Below are positions 1 through 12,885 of a DNA stretch of 64,000 nucleotides, one piece after another; position 1 is the first letter of the stretch, and every line of letters begins with the position of its first letter. Position numbers and translations under genes: made by a program. Origin of the DNA: Hydrolagus affinis. Taxonomy: Eukaryota. Below the pieces are notes generated by a model. It made no database searches and was not told where the DNA came from. It saw nothing but the letters and a program-made list of their open reading frames with translations. Location: assembly GCA_012026655.1 (NCBI GenBank), contig JAAILG010000838.1, positions 1 to 64,000 on the forward strand, in the 5' to 3' direction.

Positions 1-750
1 CTCGGCATCACGTTCGACCATAAACTCTCCTTCCTCCCTCACATCCGTGCCTTGACCGGCACCGCTTATTTCCACCTGTGCAACATTGCCAGGCTCCGCA
101 ACTACCTCACCCCCCACGCTGCCGAAACACTCGTGCACGCATACATCACCTCACGGCTGGACTACGGAAACTCTCTCCTCGTCGGCCTCCCCAGTTCCTC
201 CATTCACAGGCTGCAGGTCATCCAAAACTCTGCGGCCCGTGTACTATCCCGCACCTGCCTTCGCGACCACATAACCCCCACCCTCGCCCGTCTCCACTGG
301 CTCCCCATCCTCCAGAGGATCGAGTTCAAGGTCCTCACCTTCAAGGCCTTACACGGCCTTGCCCCGCCCTACTTAACCAACTTACTTTCCCCCTATAAGC
401 CCACCCGGACGCTCCGTTCAGCAGGTCTTGGCCTGCTCCAAGTCCCCCGCCCGAATCGCCCCACCATTGGAGGCCGGGCTTTCAGTTTTTCCGCTCCCTG
501 TGGAATTCCATCCCCCAATCCCTCCGTCTTGTTTCTTCCCTTTCTTCTTTCAAGGCCGGTTTGAAGACTTTCCTCTTCAACCGTGCCTTTTGTTCCCCCC
601 CGAATTTTTCGACCTCCCCTACGTGTTTCATCCCTTCCCGAACACTCCCCTCCCAGCTCGGGTCACACGCCTCCTGTGCAGCGCCTTGGGACGTCCTCCC
701 GACGTGAAAGGCGCTTTATAAGTTTAAGTTGTTGTTGTTGTTGTGGTTGT
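1..750 (+). mobile_element. L2/CR1-group LINE 3' fragment (ORF2 C-terminus and (GTT)n tail)
   Basis: ORF has LVHAYITSRLDYGNSLL, LHWLP..RIEFK and APPYL motifs; ends in a gttgttgtt tail. Confidence 0.9.
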
Positions 751-1831
751 TCTGGTGTTACAGTTTTCCTAATCTACCCATGGCACTTATTACGGAAGTG
801 GTGTGATGTTATGCAGTACATATAAAAGTTTTTCGGAGGCCGATAGATGCACCTGAATATCAGGTTGCTTTTCCCAGTCCTTTTACCTAGTTCTGTTATC
901 GGTTAATAGGCAGATAATAGGCTTGTATCCTCTACCGCACCAGGCTTTACGAGCCTACCATACCCATCATCACCCAGCTCCATTGGTTCCTTATCTCCAA
1001 GGGCTGAGTTCAAGATCCTCATCCTCTAAGGATTCTAATAGATGTCAACTTTTCACTTTTTCATCTCCCTTCAAAGAAAAGAACGGCCAATGCATATGAG
1101 ATATTGCTGCAAATAGTTCTTCTTTATCTGTCAGAGCTTCTAAGCATGATCTCAAACCTCAGGTAAGTTCCGTGAAGCTGTTGGCTGAAATCTGGACTGG
1201 AAACTATGGGATGGATTTTTACTGCAAAGGAACTGAGTTTCAAGGAGGAAGGGAAGGCTAAGGTCTATACCAATCTATTCCTTTGCATTTGGGGGATTAA
1301 GTCATCTGAATTAAGCAGGTTACGGAACCTCTCCTGTTCCTTAAACACGTTAGTGACTTGGGTTTGTAGACTCAGGCCAAAATAATGTAGTTACAATTTC
1401 ATATGATACCAAGTTGGGGGGATCTTTAGATTTCAAGGAGTTTAATAGGAGATACATGTTGGCTGATATCTGCTTCAGTGATTTTAAGTCAGATATTAAA
1501 CACAAATTGTTGACATATCCTTCTCATGATGTATAATGCTGTGTGAAATCCATAATTATAAATGTCCTCCTTGTGATATACTGTCTTATCTGATTGCCTC
1601 TTGAATTGCTGACAAAATCTGCATGAGACTATGTATTAATCATTCTCAGTATAAAGTCATTAAATTTGAACTGTACTGTAGAAAGGGTAATGTCATGAAC
1701 TTAACACAAGAGCCAAGTGGTGAGTTTCGGTGATGGGAGTGAGAAGCAGTAGAGAGATCTATGTACAGGTTGCGTTAGAGTGAGTGTAAAAGGGAAGGTA
1801 TCAAATGGTATTTTTTTAATTCTCTCTCCAG

Positions 1832-1951
1832 GTGGATCTCAAGCGAACCCTTACATTCCGAAATTCCAAGCAGACTTTCACTGGAATCCCTATCATAGCG
1901 GCAAACATGGATACAGTCGGGACATTTGAAATGGCCCAGGTTTTGAGTAAA
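1832..1951 (+). CDS. GMPR: GMP reductase 1, coding exon 2 ([40 protein letters not shown])
   Basis: Acceptor tctctctccAG at 1830-1831, 120 bp phase-0 exon, donor GTgggt at 1952. Carries the [12 protein letters not shown] motif of GMPR/IMPDH. Exon 1 is not in the window. Confidence 0.96.
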
Positions 1952-3549
1952 GTGGGTAATACCAATTATATCAAATTTGACCTTACCCTCCGGAACTCGC
2001 TCCCTCTGTTACTCCATCTCGCCCCTCTCTCTATCTGACTTTCCAAGCCTACCTTTAAAACCTACCTATTTGAATGCATCTAGGGCCGTTGCCCCCTCTT
2101 CCTTGCTTTGTGTTCCCCTGCACCCGCGTGAAGCGCTTGAGACGTTCCGTATGTGAAAGGTGCTATATGCATACAAGCTATTATTTCATTATGTATGACA
2201 TTATGTGGTCCTGTAGCTCAGTGGTTAGAGCTTGAGACCTGTGTTTCGAATCCAGGCAGGTCAGGGAGAAACCTTGGGCAAGATTTCTTCCTCCATACGC
2301 CTAATAATAATCCCTCCCCCACCAAAAGAAAAAAAAATTGGTACTTGGTAATTTAATCCACGATTGTTTCAATCAATCAAAACTTACATTTATATAGCGC
2401 CTTTCATGTCGAGAGGACATCCGAAAACGCTGCACAGTCAGGTAAACCTACCTATTCGAGTGCGCCTAGGACCGTTGCTCCCTCTTCTTGTTTGTGGGAC
2501 ACTGTTGTATGCAATTGGCTGCCGAGTTTCACCCACAAATATTCACTTTACAGTATATTCTGTGAGGCGTCTAGAAGACATGAAAAGCGCTTTATCAAAT
2601 GCAAGAATTATTATTATTATTCACAAAGAATATACACAGGGCACTTGGTCCAGTCCACAGCAGTGTTTATACTCCACGTAAGTCTTCACCCATTGCATAT
2701 CCCTCCCATTTCTATTCCCCTCTCCCTCATTAATCTCTCATACACCATTGTAAAAATTATGCACATATGTAAAGAAGAGTCTGCATTGCAGCAGCACACA
2801 GGATTTTACTGTGAGGCACCACTTACTTGTGAGCATTCTTTTGCCAATATGTGGTGTTAGCTTCAAAATCCTTTGCTTTGAAATCCAATGCTGATTTGTG
2901 GCCTGTGGGAATTACTTTTCTGTACACGGCTTACTGCTGTTTTCTGATGTACTGCATTGCTCAGCTCTTGGGTTTAATCTGCAGGAGAAACAATTCAGAA
3001 TAATTCATCAAAACTTTGTTGCTTTGGAAGGAGAAGCCTGCAGTCCCTCCGCCTCGTCCCTACCTAGCCTCCTTCAAGTCCTGCCTCAACACCCTCTTCT
3101 TCAACGGTTCCATCTGTCACCCCAAAACCCCTCCTTTCCCTCCACTCTCCCCTATTCTGACCTCACCTCGGGTCTGAAACATTGTGCCTTGGGACGTCCT
3201 CCAGACATGAAAAGCGCTATACAAATGTAATTTTGTTGTTGTTGTTCATCTCAGTAGAGATAGTGAGTGCATTTAAGTTGCCTTGAGGTAGTAATTGATG
3301 ACGATTGTTAAGAGAGGGAATGGGGGAGAGATAATGAAAGCTTCTTTTATCTATTGACACTGAACAGAAAAACAGTCATTTTTGATCAGCTGGTCGTCTG
3401 ACACATGCGGAAACCCAACTCCATGCTTAAGATTATCCAAACCAGATTGAGAATTCCACATCTGCACTTCTGTTTATCTGAAAGGAGTGCACACTCTCTC
3501 CCCAGCGGGACACACCCTAGTTATGTAGTTCCAGGAAGCATTAAATATA

Positions 3550-3771
3550 CAAAACACAAAATACTGCAGATGCTGGAAATCTGAAACAGAACAAAGAGCT
3601 GGGAAAACTGAGCAGGTCAGGCAGCATCTACAGAGGAAGGAAAGTGTCAACGTTTCGGGTCATGGCCCTTCGTCATAACTGAAAGTGGATCCGAAACGTT
3701 GACTCACTTTCCTTTCTCTATAGATGCTGCCTGACCTGCTGAGTTTTTCCAGCTCTCTGTTTTTGTTTCAG
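3550..3771. mobile_element. Penelope-like inverted-repeat (hairpin) element
   Basis: Arms about 3581-3660 and 3688-3771 are imperfect reverse complements (agcaggtcaggcagcatcta / tagatgctgcctgacctgct). Flanked by cattaaatata / cattagatata. Confidence 0.7.
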
Positions 3772-5497
3772 CATTAGATATAGTTTGTCAAGAGCCAAAC
3801 CTCGGGGTCCGCAAGTGTACTAGTGGGGATTAATTAGTTTCCAGCTGGGACAAATTTACCCAGTGGGGCTTTGGCTTGTTAAATCTTAACAGGTTGAGTG
3901 GGAAAATCCCAGTTTAGGTTTCTCTCGTGTTGTTGCTGAAATTGTGCATGGTATGGGTTTTCAAATGGTAAATACATAGAGTGAGGAGAGCGATGAAAGG
4001 GAATCTTTCCTCATTCATGTGTTTAAGAATGTTTCCAAACCTAAACATTACAAGCAGTAGTAAAGAGCATGGCACAGTTTTATTTAGCAGAGCATGTAAC
4101 AAGAGAAATCTACGTACTTAATCTATTACCACATTTCCACAGCTAAACAGAGCTAACCCGCCAGGGACCTTCTCTCCTTATCACTTAAGGTTTGATTTAA
4201 CAATCTTTGGGAAGGGATGCAGGTTGGGTTAGTCATTGAGTGCACAGGAGGTAGTGTGTTTTGAGACTCGCGTGGACTCTCGTGTAGAAACAGTAGCATA
4301 GCCTTGCTGAGACTATTTGCATTCAATACAAAAATAGACATGTGCAAATGGGAGAATTAAAGGTGTCCTAAATTCTGCACTGCACAAACAAGTTTCAAAT
4401 ACTTATATGCTTGCATAACCTAAACATGTTGCAACATTAATCATAAATTATACTCTGTACTCATGCAAACAGTGAATAGAGATGATTACATGCAGGTTTA
4501 GTCTAAGCCAAGAGTACTGGAGTGAGTCATGCTGGAACTTCACTCCATAAAGAAACACCACTGCACAAAGCCATGACCCCCAACCAGGCAGAGAAAACAA
4601 CAACAACAAAATTGCACTTATATAGCACCTTTCACGTCGGGAGGATGTCCCAAAGCGCTGAGAAAATGCTTAAGACACAACCTCAATTGAGATAAACTAC
4701 CTGCAAGTGGGTTAAATCATGGACCAAACCACCAACTGGCAGTATGGTAAATTGTGCCATTTCCCTCAGCTCACTAACTAATCTGTAAGTGACATACAAC
4801 CAACTGAGGTATGATTGGTATGCATGGTTGGCAATTTCATTTAATTTGTTCTGCAGTGTAGGAAGCATCACACGCAAGATTTGAATAGTGTAATAGTCCT
4901 TTCATTTGAATGTCTTTACATGTCATGGCTCATAGTGTTTTCACGGCCTTTAACAACAACAACAACAAAATTGCATTTGTATAGCACCTTTCACTTCAGG
5001 AGGATGTCCCAAGGTGCTGAATTTAACTCTAAAGTGTAGTGACTGTGAATTTACAGGGAAAAGCCACAGCCAATTTGCACATAGTAATGTCTCACCAACA
5101 GTGACCAATTTAGTTGGGAATTGTTAGACAGGACACCAGAGAGAAACTCACATCTCTTTTTGAATAGTGTCGTGGGATCTTTAATATTCACTAGACCAGC
5201 AGACAGGACCTTGGTTTAACAGCTCATCTGAGTAAGGCACCTTGCGCAATGAACACATCCCAGCACTCCATTGAGGTGTCAGCCTAGACTGTAAGTTCAA
5301 AGTTCCAATATAGAGCTTGAACCCACAACCTGCTGACTCTTAGAGACAAGATTGCTATACAAAGTTTATTATCATTATTATACATGCTGGGAACACTCAA
5401 TGCCGGAGTTCCCACACTCAGTATTGTAGGCTGTGCAAATACAATAGTCCTTTGGTTTTACCCCACCTCTAGGCATTACATTGTATTGTATGATTTT

Positions 5498-6520
5498 CAA
5501 CAGCAACAACAACAATAACTTTGATTTATATAACGCCCTCCATGCCAGAAGGCATCTCAGAGCGCTTCACAGTAGCAGATCCCGGGACCGAGCCAGGGGC
5601 GGGGGTATAAAGATGTATAAAGGACCAAAGGCGTGGTCAAAGAGAAAGGCCTTTAGCTGTGACTTGAAACTGGGAAGAGAGGGGGCGAGGCGAAGGGAGT
5701 GAGGAAGGGAGTTCCAGAACCTTGGGGCATAGTGGCTGAAGGCACAGCCACTCAGGGTGGAGCGGAGGATTCAGGGGACATGGAGGAGGCCAGACCTGGT
5801 GGAGCGAAGGCAGCGGGTGCTGGTTTGGGAAGAGAGGAGGTCAGAGAGGTAGGGGGGTGCAGAGGAGTAGAGGGACTTGAAAACAAGGGTTAGGATCTTG
5901 AAGTCGATCCTCTCAGGGACAGGGAGCCAGTGAAGTCTGGTCTGGGGTAATGGGGGAAGCGAAGCTTGGTGCGCGTGAGTATACGGACAGCAAAGTTTTG
6001 AATTAGCTGGATTTTGTGGATTGTGGTGGCGGGCAGACCGGCAAGGAGGGCTTTGCAATAGTCCAGCCGAGATGTGACAAAGGTGTGGACCAAGGTTTGA
6101 GTGGCTTTTGGGGTGAGGTATTTCTGGAGACGGACGATCCATCGGAGGTGGTAGAAGGCGGTGCTGGTGAGGGACCGGATGTGGGGGAGGAAGGACAGTT
6201 GGGGGTCGAACCTGATGCCTAGGTTGCGCACAGGTTCGGAGAGTCTTAGGGGCAGGCCGGAAAGATGGAGGAGGTGAGAGTCGTGCGAATGGAGACATTG
6301 ACGAGAGCCAAAGAGTATGACCTCTGTCTTGTCAACGTTCAGCTGCAAGAAATTTGCAATCATCCAGCTCCTGATGTCTTGACAGGCAGGCTGACAGAAG
6401 ATCAGGGGACTGGGGGTCGTAAAGTGAAGTGGAGAAATAGAATTGGGTGTCATCCGCGTACATGTGGAAGTGTGCCCCATCTCTACGGATGACATCCCCA
6501 AGAGGGAGCATATAGATGAT
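5498..6520 (-). mobile_element. L2-type LINE 3' fragment, about 1 kb, frameshifted RT C-terminus
   Basis: WMIANFLQLNVDKTE, SRLDYC and LHWLPVPERIDFK motifs; (AAC)n tail at about 5498-5518. Confidence 0.9.
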
Positions 6521-7249
6521 TTTCCTCAGAGGCTTGCTGGTGATTTGTCCCTTTTACGTTTTAACCGTTCCATTCTATTGCCTGTCCCTCCTGTGCAGCA
6601 AGCACTCGAATAACATTACAAATTCTGCATAATATTTCAGAATAGATTTTTAGGGCACACAAAATATTAATAATGCAGAGTGTAGTGGACATGGAATGTC
6701 TCAGTAATTGACTGCAGATTACCTATATCTCAGGAGACTTGCAATGAAGTCATCCTATCATAAATCTTCTTGCATGAATGTCACCACTGATCAGCAGGAG
6801 ACAATGCAGGCTTAGTTTGCCTTGTCGGTATAAACACATACCAATACAAAATAACATCCCTTCAATGGGTTTAGAAATCCTCACGTTTATATTTGGAACA
6901 ACATGAGCTCTTTGGCACATGTAGTACCAGTGATAAGCAATGTGTAGGAACAGGAGAAATGTCATGTGAGTAGCACGATAGAAAGGAAAAGCAGCCAACC
7001 TCTTGTTAAGTAAGACAATTTTCAACTTTGTCCTCTCTGACTGACCTCTCTCCGCACACAGCTGCTCCACACCCCCTCCCACCTCCATATACACACAACA
7101 CACACACACAACATGCACACACAACATACACATGCTCACAACACACACATACAACACAACACATATACATAAATACAAATCTTTTTCTGATTTTTTTTTG
7201 GTACAAAGAAGACATTTTGTTCTCGCATTGAAGTCCATGCACATTGTGT

Positions 7250-7672
7250 CAGTCTGCTGCATTGGTAGCACTCTTGCCTCTGAATTCAAAGCTTGTGGGT
7301 TCAATCTCCATGTGGGATTTGGAATCACATGGTCGAAGTTGACATTTCAATGCAGTACTGGGTGGGTTGTTGCATTATTGGAGGTGCCATCCTTTGCCAA
7401 CTGAATTCCGATGCCGGTTCAGGTGGACGCTAAGGATCCCATGGCACTTTTCGAAAAGAGAATAGTTTTTCCCAGTGTCCTGGCCAAGGAATCCCCGCAA
7501 TAAAATTGGTCACTCACTGCATGATTGTTTGTGGGACATTACTATACGCAAACTGCTGATATGTTTTGACTACAAAATGCACAACTAATCCACTTTACAT
7601 TACATCCTGTGAAGCACTTTGAGATGTCTCAACGGCAAGATAAGGAGCTTTATAAAATGCAAAAATTATTAT
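7250..7672 (+). mobile_element. Older, longer DeuSINE-like element (SacSINE1/AmnSINE1-like layout)
   Basis: ggtagcactcttgcctctga...gggttcaa head, ggaggtgccatcctt and gatcccatggcact blocks. Related copies at about 4990-5355(-), 14210-14630(-), 33565-33925(+), 39490-39865(-), 57660-58070(+) and 62750-63085(+). Family name is from memory. Confidence 0.65.
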
Positions 7673-8789
7673 TTTTGTAAAATCTTACAGAATTCTGCTT
7701 TAAGCAAATGTACCGAGTGAGTGATTTGTCTCTTGAAGGAAATACTTTTCCTCACCATTCTCAATATTCTAAAACATATAATGGGAGGATGTGAATCTGG
7801 ACATTATAGACCTTTTATCTGTAAAGATTGAAGAACCAGGCAGGCACCATTAATGCTTATAGGAAGATTACAGAGAGAAAGAGAACTTGTTTTCAATTTG
7901 GAGTATTCAATTATTTTGAAATGTTCTACCCTCTGTTCCTGGACCCCAGCCACCTCTTGGTGGAGTGTTGGTCCACTGGGATTGGTTGCCCTCATTTTTG
8001 ATGTGTGAGTTTTTCCAGTGAGTTAAAGACTGACCTCTCCACCCACACAGCTGCTACACATCCCCATACACACACACCACACACAACATACACACAACTT
8101 AACCACACAACACACACATACATAAACACCACGCATAACACACACACACAACATGCACACATACACACAAAACATACAACACACGCATACAACACAACAC
8201 ATATGCTAAAATGTGTTGAAGAGAGATCAGGTCCAGGAAACTCAATAGATTTTACTCTTCTAACCCAGGGAAGGTCCAAGCCGGTTTAGACAGCAAACTT
8301 AGAATGGATTGGATCGGGATCCGAGCCAATGAACTGCAGTTTTACATCATTGTGTTTATCCCATCAAGTGCTATGATTTAATTTTTGGTCAGACGGGTTT
8401 CTGATGTTGATGGGTGTTGATGCATGCCATCAACACCCTGGAAGGACGCATCCTCCTTACCTAATTCTGGAAAGTATTAGGCGCAGGTTAGGAAGAGCCG
8501 AGGCTTGGGGACTCCAGAGTGTGCATTTGGGGAACTGCTGGAGCGATATGAGTTGATCCAAGCTGAATAGATCAAAAGTCATGGGACATGTTAACATCTT
8601 TATTTCAATGGTCAGAGTGAACAATGATAATAATAATCCTTGCATTTGATATAGCGCCTTATCACGTCTTCTAGACATCTCACATCTTCACAGAATATAT
8701 TGTAAAGTGAATTGACTATATTTTGTGGGCGATGGTGATTGCATTTAAAAGTAAAAGTGTCCAGTAATGCTTGGTTTTCTCTTTTTCAG

Positions 8790-8873
8790 CATGCGATGTT
8801 TACCACTATTCATAAACACTACGCACTGGAAGACTGGAAGACTTTTGCAGCTTCCCATCCCGAATGTCTGGAG
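8790..8873 (+). CDS. GMPR: GMPR coding exon 3 (HAMFTTIHKHYALEDWKTFAASHPECLE)
   Basis: Acceptor ctttttcAG, 84 bp, donor GTattt. IHKHY motif; translated by hand (not the frame shown in the ORF track). Confidence 0.95.
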
Positions 8874-9122
8874 GTATTTGTTTAGGAATGGCTCTGGGAT
8901 ATTTAGGACAGTGCCATTTTGTTGTAGCAGCACAAGGACTGGCAAAATGAAAGCATACATTGGGGTGGAAATTGCAAGGTGTGTTGTGATAGTTTTCATA
9001 CTGTTGATCAAGGTGGTCTGGGTCAGTCAATAATTATAATAATAATGGCCCTTACATTTGAAGTAGCGCTTTATATCATCGAGACATCTCTTAAGTGCTA
9101 TATTCTGAACTGGTATAAATGT

Positions 9123-9638
9123 AGAGTCCTATAGCTCAGTGGTTAGAGAACTTGCCTTGCAAGTGAGAAACCTGGTTTTGATTCCAGGTAGGGCGAAATC
9201 TTAGGCAAGTTTACTTACTCCACATGTCTGATAATAATTCCTTGAAAAAAACAATAATAATTTGGTCATGACTGTTTGTGGGATGCTGCTGTGCACAATT
9301 GGCTACTGTGTTTCACCCACAAATATACAGTCAATTTACTTCACACTATATTGGACTTATATGGAGCCCTGTAACTTAGTGGTTAGAACACGTGCCTTGC
9401 AAGCGAGAGACCTGGGTTTGATTCCTGGCAGCGTGAAACCTTGGGAAAGTTTCCTTACTCCACACTCCTGATAGTAATCCCTCACACAAAATAAATTAAT
9501 TTGGTCACACAATTGGCTGCCGCGTTTCGCCAACAAACATACAGTTAATTCACTTTACAGTAAACTCTGTGAAGTGCTTTGAAATGTCTAGAAGATGTGA
9601 AAAGCGCTGTATCAAATGCAAGGATTATTATTATTATT
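9123..9638 (+). mobile_element. Two tandem SINE copies (about 9123-9355 and 9362-9638)
   Basis: Two successive tRNA-like heads and bodies; the second ends in (ATT)n. Confidence 0.8.
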
Positions 9639-10631
9639 ACTTTGTATGCAAACACTGCAACTAATTTGCACACAACTGTGTCCCACAAACAGCCATGGTT
9701 TGAATTTATTTGGGGATTTGTTGGCGAGGACGTCAGAGAAAATGGTTTCTCTTTTTGAAATAGTGCCACATTAACACTCACCTGAGAGGCCAATCAACTG
9801 GCCTCTGTTTAATATCTCTGCCAAAGGATGACACCTCCGACCAATACATCACCCCCAGCATTGCACTGGAATGTCAGCAAGTCCTGAGGTGGGGCCCAAC
9901 CCCACAACCTCCTGAACTCAGAGGTGAATGCGCTGCCACCTAAAACACTGTGTGGCGTGGGGGGAGTCAAGGCACACAGTAGTTGACTCCTCCCACGCCA
10001 CACAGTAGTTGGGATCGAATCCTGTTCACAGCCATCTTTGGAGCTGTTGTTGTGTTTGACTGACATTTGAGGGCTGTTTATGGGATAGCTGGTTACCTCA
10101 GTTAGTTTTGTTAGGTTGAATTTGGGAGGCTGCACTCAAATGCTGTAAATGCCAGGTTCAGTTGGGTGGGGGAGAGGGTGGGAATAATTTCAGCCCAATC
10201 AATCGTGACTACGTTCACAATTGAGACATGGATAGGGACGGAGGTTTTGACGTTAATATCACCAGTGAGAATGATTTGCCTTGTCACCCAGCCCAAATCA
10301 TCATAACCAGAACAAAAACTGAAAAGAAAACGGGTCTTGTTTAAGATTTCCATTACAGAATCAAGCTGTTTCTGTAATGAGTCCAGTGTCCTGAACTCAA
10401 CTACCCTTTTGTGTAACACATTAATTGCCTTCTCAGTTAAGATATTTTTCTGACTGTCTGTTATGAAATTGTCTGCATAGCCGTGGATCTGTGCTGCCCT
10501 GGTTACGGTTAAGAATTTTATCAAGAAAAGTATGTTTCGTTTGGCTGATCAAAAAAGAGAAAGCAAGAATGCAGATTAATTTGTACTTTTTCATCCTTTT
10601 CATACCATGCACAATAGAATTAACGTAATGT

Positions 10632-10720
10632 CTCTTCCTTCCTTCCTTCCTTCCTTCCTGTCTGTCTGTCTCTCTCTCTCTCTCTCACTCTCTCACTCTC
10701 TCTCTCTGTCTCCTCTCCCC
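10632..10720 (+). repeat. (TTCC)n/(TC)n pyrimidine microsatellite upstream of the GMPR exon 4 acceptor
   Basis: Read directly from the sequence. Confidence 0.9.
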
Positions 10721-10748
10721 ATATCTCTTGTTGGCTTTCTATTTTCAG

Positions 10749-10922
10749 CACATAGCTGTGAGCTCAGGCACTGCTCATGCAGACTTCGACAAGCTTTGTA
10801 CTATTCTGGAAGCATTCCCATCCATCAAGTACATCTGCCTGGATGTTGCAAATGGTTACTCTGAATACTTTGTGGAATTTGTTAAGACTGTCCGGGCCAA
10901 GTTCCCGAATCATACAATCATG
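10749..10922 (+). CDS. GMPR: GMPR coding exon 4 (HIAVSSG...ICLDVANGYSEYFVEFVKTVRAKFPNHTIM)
   Basis: Acceptor attttcAG, 174 bp, CLDVANGYS motif. Ends ATG|GCaagt, a GC donor. Confidence 0.94.
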
Positions 10923-12573
10923 GCAAGTATCACACCATTCACAAAGTATTATGATACAAACTTTCTTTCAAATCCACTGCACTATGGAATAATAACAATC
11001 CTCGCATTTGATACAGCGCCTTATCGCATCGTTGGAACGTCTCAATGCGCTGTATACTGTAAAGTGAATTGACAGTATTCCCACAGTGTCCCACAACAGT
11101 TGTGGATCGAATAAACCCTCTTAGTATTAAATCACCATTAGAAGATCACAACATAGAGTTACTTGGATAAAGAGGCTTTTCAGTCCATCCTTCCAGAATA
11201 CCCACCTACTGACTTTTCATTACAGCGTCAAGCTGTTTCTTTAATGAGTCCAGTGTTCTGACCCCAACAACCCTTTTGGGTAACATGTTGATTGCCTTCC
11301 TAGTAAAGATGCCTTTTCTGGTGTCTGTTATGAAATCGTCCTCATAGCCCTGGATCTGTGCTCCCTGCCCTGCTGCCTAGGTGTACCTTCAAATATTGCT
11401 CTGGGTTTACTGCATCACAATAGATTGTCCAGGGCTGTTGCACGGAGTAGAAAACTCCGTACAAAGTGAATAAAAATAATAATAATCCTTACATTTGTGC
11501 CTTTCACATCAGGAGGGTGTCTCAAAGAGCCTTAGATTTACAATATAATACAGGCTGTATTCTTTAGGTGAACTTAGCAGCCATTTTGCACACAACTATT
11601 AGAGGAAGGAGCCAAGTTAAGGTGTTTCTGCACAGGAGACAGAGCCCCCAGAGGAACGGCAATCTTGTGAATAGAGTCGGTTTAAGGTGATAGAGACAGA
11701 TTGCGTGTGAAAACTGTTATCAAAAGGACATTAGATATCTATTTGGCAAGGAAATTCAGGCTAGAAGATAATAGTAGTGCATGAGTTCTTATTTAACTTG
11801 TTTAACTTTGGTCCTGGCCTGATGGACTGCAATCATCTTTTCCAACCTTGTACATTACTATTTAACTCTGATTATTCCCTGACAAAAGATTGGATTTTGT
11901 GAAGAAATTGCTCCCCCACTCTTTATTTCAATGCTTTTCCTATTCATTTTCTTCATCCTAAGCCAAACCCTGTACTCATGGCAATAACACAAACTGAATA
12001 AATCAGACCTGGGGGAATTTCTGCTTTACAGGCTCAACAACTTTTTTTTGAAAAAAGATCAAATGTTCAGTTCTCCCTTTCAGGCTCTGCGCTTCAGGTC
12101 CTATATCATTCAAATAGAGCTGGATTGGGGCCTGGATGACACTCGGTAATCTAGGTGGACGCGCATGCTTAGATGCATCACAGAGGCCTCTGGTCTATTG
12201 GAGGGCCATGGACTCCCATCTATCCCTTCACAGGATAAGTAGCGAGGCAGGGTGGGAGACCACAGTATGGCCCCCCCAATGGACCAGAGGGCTCTGTCAT
12301 GCATTTGAGAATGTGCCAACCTCCGTCAAGTGCCTGCTGCAGTCAGGAGGCATCTGTAATGCAAGAAGCCATCTTACAGGAGTAGGTATCTGATCAATTT
12401 TACATTGTTAGTACTGTACTTACAAGGATTTCTAGAATGTGACAGGTTACATGTTAAGTGGAGGTAAAGTGGATTCCATTATTATTTTACATGGGAAGCA
12501 GCTGGGATATTGACAGCATGACTACTGAAACTAGCTAAGCCAGTGTCTTGGCTTAACAGGAATTGACTGTAAT

Positions 12574-12885
12574 CAGTACAACCTCAATAATTCAACATTC
12601 CGAAAGCCGGCAACTCCCTAAAACTGGCAAGATTTCAAAATACAAACAGTATTAACTTTTTTCCGATGTCTGGCAAGTCCCCAAAATTTCGGAAAGCTGC
12701 TTGCAGTTCACGCTGGCGCAGCTCTGTTATCTGGTGCTGTGAGTGGAGCTCGGCCATAGTTTGGCTTCAGTGCTGTGTTTACAGCACACGTGGTGTATGG
12801 GGCGGGGCTTCCCCAGCCATTTATAGGGTAGGTTCTAAATACCGGCAAACTCCGAAATCCGGGCCGTGTTATTGACATTTTACTG
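12574..12885. mobile_element. Tigger-like MITE related to 57340-57629
   Basis: TIRs cagtacaacctcaataa / ttattgacattttactg; shares the internal caagatttcaaaat...gatgtc...gctgcttg block. Confidence 0.65.

Larger units (their letters stand above)
10330..11375 (-). repeat. Two degenerate CR1-like 3' ends (about 10330-10500 and 11150-11375) flanking GMPR exon 4
   Basis: Shared tcaagctgtttct...aatgagtccagtgt...ggatctgtgct block. The minus-strand translation resembles a CR1 ORF2 end. Similar pieces at about 25650 and 50600. Confidence 0.55.

Noticed and set aside
52-564. 170-aa ORF and similar ORFs (5890-6501, 17131-17550, 14666-15187, 58336-58770) as host genes
   Set aside because: They are frameshifted 3' fragments of L2-type LINE ORF2, with no endonuclease or complete RT.
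6750-8289. Cys/Val- or His/Thr-rich ORFs
   Set aside because: They are translations of CA/TG low-complexity tracts.
9123-9200. tRNA genes at SINE heads (also 26045, 52410, 56225, 61689)
   Set aside because: They have A/B boxes but no complete cloverleaf and continue into a SINE body and tail.
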